A DNA stretch of 63,990 bases, the filler included, from Licmophora abbreviata (taxonomy: Eukaryota), in NCBI GenBank assembly GCA_900291995.1. It is 11 parts of 11 records of this genome, joined end to end, with 100 filler letters (N's around TTAATTAATTAA, not from the genome) between each part and the next. Parts side by side here need not be neighbours in the genome. Positions count along the whole stretch, not along the records: positions 60,309 to 62,864 come from OLMU01005744.1; positions 62,965 to 63,990 come from OLMU01005751.1; 9 more parts are not named here. One strand, 5' to 3'. The notes below the pieces were generated by a model. That model was not told where the DNA came from. It saw only the letters and a list, made by a program, of their open reading frames with translations, and made no database searches. Made by a program: the position numbers and the translations under genes. Each line of letters opens with the position of its first letter. Within the stretch, counting starts at the first letter, position 1. Positions 60,486 through 63,990 of this stretch are shown here, piece after piece.

Positions 60486-62864
60486 CTAGACGCAGATGTC
60501 GCAACAGCGGGACGGACAGAAGACTTCCGGAGGTTCACCGGCACAATCTGCCGTCAAGTTTCGAAGATACGCGTTTGTATTGCCTTTTCGGGCACAAAGT
60601 TCATCGCTGATGCTTCCAGTCAAGTCGTTGTCATGTAGGACCAATGTGTCTGTTGATATAAAACGACAGAAGAGGAAAGCGTTAGTGATTTGTCGAACAT
60701 GCGTCTTTCTCGTCCACGACAGTAGTAGCTGATCACTTACTCAAATCGGTCAGGGTACTGAATGCCGCTGGGATAGGTCCTTCAAATTGATTGTTGTCAA
60801 GCCAGAGACCGACAAGGTTTGAGAGGAAGCCAAAGCTTTCAGACAACGTCCCCGAGAAGCTGCAATCGTCAAGCCACAAACGAGCGAGGCTGGGAACTGT
60901 GAAAAGCTGCTCTGGTAGCTCACCGCCGAGAAGCGTTCCGTTAACGGAAAACTCCCGTAGAGACTGAAGCTGACCGACCAATGTTGGCAGAGTCCCCGTA
61001 AACGGATTATCGTTCAGTTGGAGTCGACGAACTGTCGACAGGCCAAAAAGCTCATCAGGGATGTCACCGGTAAGCTCGTTGTTTTGCAGTTCGAGAATGC
61101 GGAGGTTCTTTATGCTCCCCAACTCCGACGGAATCTGCCCGTCAAACGAATTGTCATCGAGACGCAAGTCCGACAAGTTAGGCAACGAGGCAAGAATCGT
61201 CGGAATTTCGCCACTGAGATCGTTCGATCCTAGAAAGATGGTCCCCATCAACGGAGTCGTCTCGAAGATTACAGACGGGATTGTTCCTTGAAACTGATTT
61301 CCGCTGAAGATCATCGCGCTTAGATTGGTTAAAGCACCGAGAAAGGTAGGGATTGATCCTTGCAGATTGTTGTTCTGGAGAAAGAGAGTTGTCAAGTCTG
61401 TCAACAAGGAAAGCTCCTGAGATCATAGCGGGAACACCGGGAAGGTGTTAGATGAGAATTCTGCATTTGGAAATTGATCATCTCAACCCAATCAATTCAC
61501 TTACGTAGGGAAGTGTGCCGTTAAGATGATTTCCGAAATTCCTGAGGAACAGTATTGCCACAATCTTGCGCGTATCGTTTTCGCACTGGACACCGAACCA
61601 AGTACACTCATCGTTCGCACTTAGCCAGGACGTATCATCGGGATCTCCGCCACATGTAGGATCGCGGCGACCACATTCCAACCAATCATCACCGTTTGTC
61701 GAGAAGTAAAGAGTTGCCAGATAATATCGTTGGAGAATTCGATCGCTCGACAAGGAGAGTTCTGGCTCGACAGGATCATTGGTGGTGACCCATAAGGCAG
61801 CTTGATATTGAGGCGACGACCTGTCTAGAAAAACTTCGTCTCCTGAGATCGGCCTGAGCATCGAAAGGAATGTGTCGAATCGACCTGAAGTTGGGGCAAG
61901 GGTAGGTGACGACGTCGGGGATGTCGAAGGGGTCGCAGTTGGTGATTGCGGAGCAGAATCATCGCCACCTGCAAACATGGCAACCGGAACAACGATGGCG
62001 ACGGCCAAGACAATCATGAGGAGACATCCATAGCAAAGATACTTCTTGTAGCGCTTTCGCTCTTCCTCTTCTTCTTCCTCTTCGCTTTTCACGACTGCAA
62101 CGTTGGCTGCATCCACAACGTTGTCAGCGACGAAAGCTTCAATACCTCCTTGCTGGGAACCGTTGCGAGGACGACTTTCCCTTGAGACAGGGCGACTAGA
62201 AGTGGGCACAAGCGGGACAGGAACCGCCGCTGGTGATTGGGCTGGGGCCTCTTCTACGTCGTACTGGTCAATCAGGGTAGGCACGGGTGCCAAACTTGGT
62301 GAAGGAACAGGTGTGGCAACTGAACGGGTATTCGCTGGGCGAGCCGTTGTACTCGCACCTGACTGCTGGACAACGTCACGACGGGGTGGACTCAAAGCAT
62401 CGAAGGCCTGAGCAGAAGCCTGCGCCGCGGGACGATCCGCGATCGGCATCGAGTTGCGAGCAGAGACTGAGGCCTCAGTCGACGCACGCACAGCGACGTC
62501 AACTCCAGCCGCTACAGCAACCGCAGTGGAAGCCTGGATATGCTCGCGACGGGCTTGGTTCTTGCTTCGTACATCATCCTCAAGATTTTGGAGATTGGAG
62601 CGTTGCGTGACATCAACTACAGACCTAGCGGCGGTGCCTTTTCTGTTAGCGACTTCGACGCCATTAGTAATCTCCTGGCGAGCTCTCTGCTTGGCCATAA
62701 TGTCATCTTCAAGAGTCTGCAAGTTGCTGTGAGGCTGCGATCTGGCTGTCGCCTCTTGTGATTTCTCCCTCGAAGCGCGTCCAGAGCGCTTGCCATGTCG
62801 CTTGCCTCCAGTTGCAGCACGTGCTCCTGGCCTTGCTTGAGACTTGGACACGACATCCCGTTCA
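60486..62864 (-). CDS. Diatom-type single-pass leucine-rich-repeat protein (5' end in gap); introns 61417-61504 and 60650-60740
   Basis: TM segment; SPQYQAALW...QRYYLATLYFST...WLS..ECTWFGVQC cap; plant-type LxxNxLxGxIP repeats; LTADC...CPSRCCDIC C-terminus. Confidence 0.9.
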
Positions 62865-62964
62865 NNNNNNNNNNNNNNNNNNNNNNNNNNNNNNNNNNNN
62901 NNNNNNNNTTAATTAATTAANNNNNNNNNNNNNNNNNNNNNNNNNNNNNNNNNNNNNNNNNNNN

Positions 62965-63981
62965 AGCTGTGGTGGGAAGGGAGCGAATCAGGCGATTGCG
63001 GCGGCCAAGCTTGGCTTTGTACCAGTCACCATGGTGTGTCGAGTCGGTCGAGACTCATTTGGATCCGATCTCTTGCATAACTTTCGTAAGTAAAGGAGTC
63101 GATTATGCGTTAAGATTTCGATGAATGTACCTGCCATGCCTTCGAAGAAAGAGTATGACTCTAACGTGCACTGTTCCGCTTCGCGTTCTCCAATAATTCT
63201 AGGCGACGCAGGAGTCTACTATGACGAATCCACTACCATTGTAGACGAGGAGGGTGCTCAGACTGGCGTTGCGTCGATTGTCGTCGATATCGATTCGGGT
63301 GACAATCAAATCATAGTCACGCCCGGTACCAACTATGCTCTGACACCCGAAAAAGTCAAGACTACCATTGCGGGCATGACGAAGAATCCTCCAGCAGCTG
63401 TAGTCGTACAGCTGGAGATCCTTCCAGAGGCAGCGCTGGAGGCATGTCGTGCGGGCAAGGCGGTCGGGGCAACCACGATTCTCAACACGGCACCAGCGCC
63501 GACAGAATGGACTCTGGACGAGTTTTATCCATTTGTTGATATTCTGATTCCGAATGAAACGGAACTCCGAACAATTATGGGAAGTGAGGCATCCGATGAC
63601 GAAGAAGCCATGGCACGAGCGCTGCTTGACAAGGGTGTTCTCCAGGCTGTAATTGTGACGCTGGGGGCTCGCGGCGCCATGGTGGTGGCGAAGACAGACG
63701 ATGGGAGCGACGTTGAAGTGACCCTCGTGAACGCCCCAGACGATCTACCTTGCCGGAAGGATCCAGTCAAGGACACTATCGGAGCCGGCGATGCTTTTTG
63801 TGGGTCGCTGTCGTCGTACTTATCAGCTGGACTGAGCTTGACAGAAGCGTCCAGAAAGGCATGTGGTGTTGCCGGCATGTCGGTGCGAAAGATGGGTGCG
63901 CAGAGCTCCTATCCAACTGCCAGCGAGATCCCTGATTGTCTCAAGGTGTCGACCAGTAAGGTCGCTTCTTCGAAGGCGTGA
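62965..63981 (+). CDS. RBKS: Ribokinase (PfkB family), 5' truncated by gap; intron 63086-63202
   Basis: Motifs GGKGANQAIAAAKLG, VQLEI, PNETE and DTIGAGDAFCG. Confidence 0.92.
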
Positions 63982-63990
63982 ACATGGTAG

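Noticed and set aside
22080..62964. Ten regularly recurring TTAATTAATTAA palindromes flanked by Ns
   Set aside because: Identical synthetic 100-nt linkers with six-frame stops; not a biological repeat or CRISPR array.

Overview
Gene-dense eukaryotic nuclear DNA, most likely from a diatom. The evidence is short GT-AG introns (about 75-125 nt, one of 204 nt), bipartite plastid-targeting presequences, a diatom-type LRR protein and a diatom-type Cys-rich surface protein. Ten 100-nt N-TTAATTAATTAA-N linkers are assembly artefacts, and several genes continue across them. About 30 protein-coding genes were reconstructed by hand with splice sites. They include a CTL transporter, eIF2B-beta, a GT60 GlcNAc transferase, CCT7, a TPT, PTPS-III, ISN1, CEPT, class II eIF4E, SMC1, a GBF1-like ARF-GEF, a plastid PhyH-type dioxygenase (possible chlorophyll c synthase), CLPTM1, a plastid RNB protein, MPP10, HMT, NOL11/UTP8, UBC6, SDH4, RPB3, DUS3, a CBM9-like protein, an LRR protein and ribokinase. 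The most notable unexplained signal is a roughly 205-nt, highly structured minus-strand segment at 1-211 with an upstream TATA-like element and a T-run terminator; it is a candidate Pol III ncRNA that I cannot assign to a family. Other points of interest are an orphan protein ending in a canonical PCNA PIP box, a 10-repeat Cys-rich GPI-like surface protein, a recurring GAGTC/GACTC promoter motif and a 1-nt frameshift in eIF2B-beta. No CRISPR array, tRNA, rRNA or intact transposon was recognised. All family calls come from motif recognition, not database searches.
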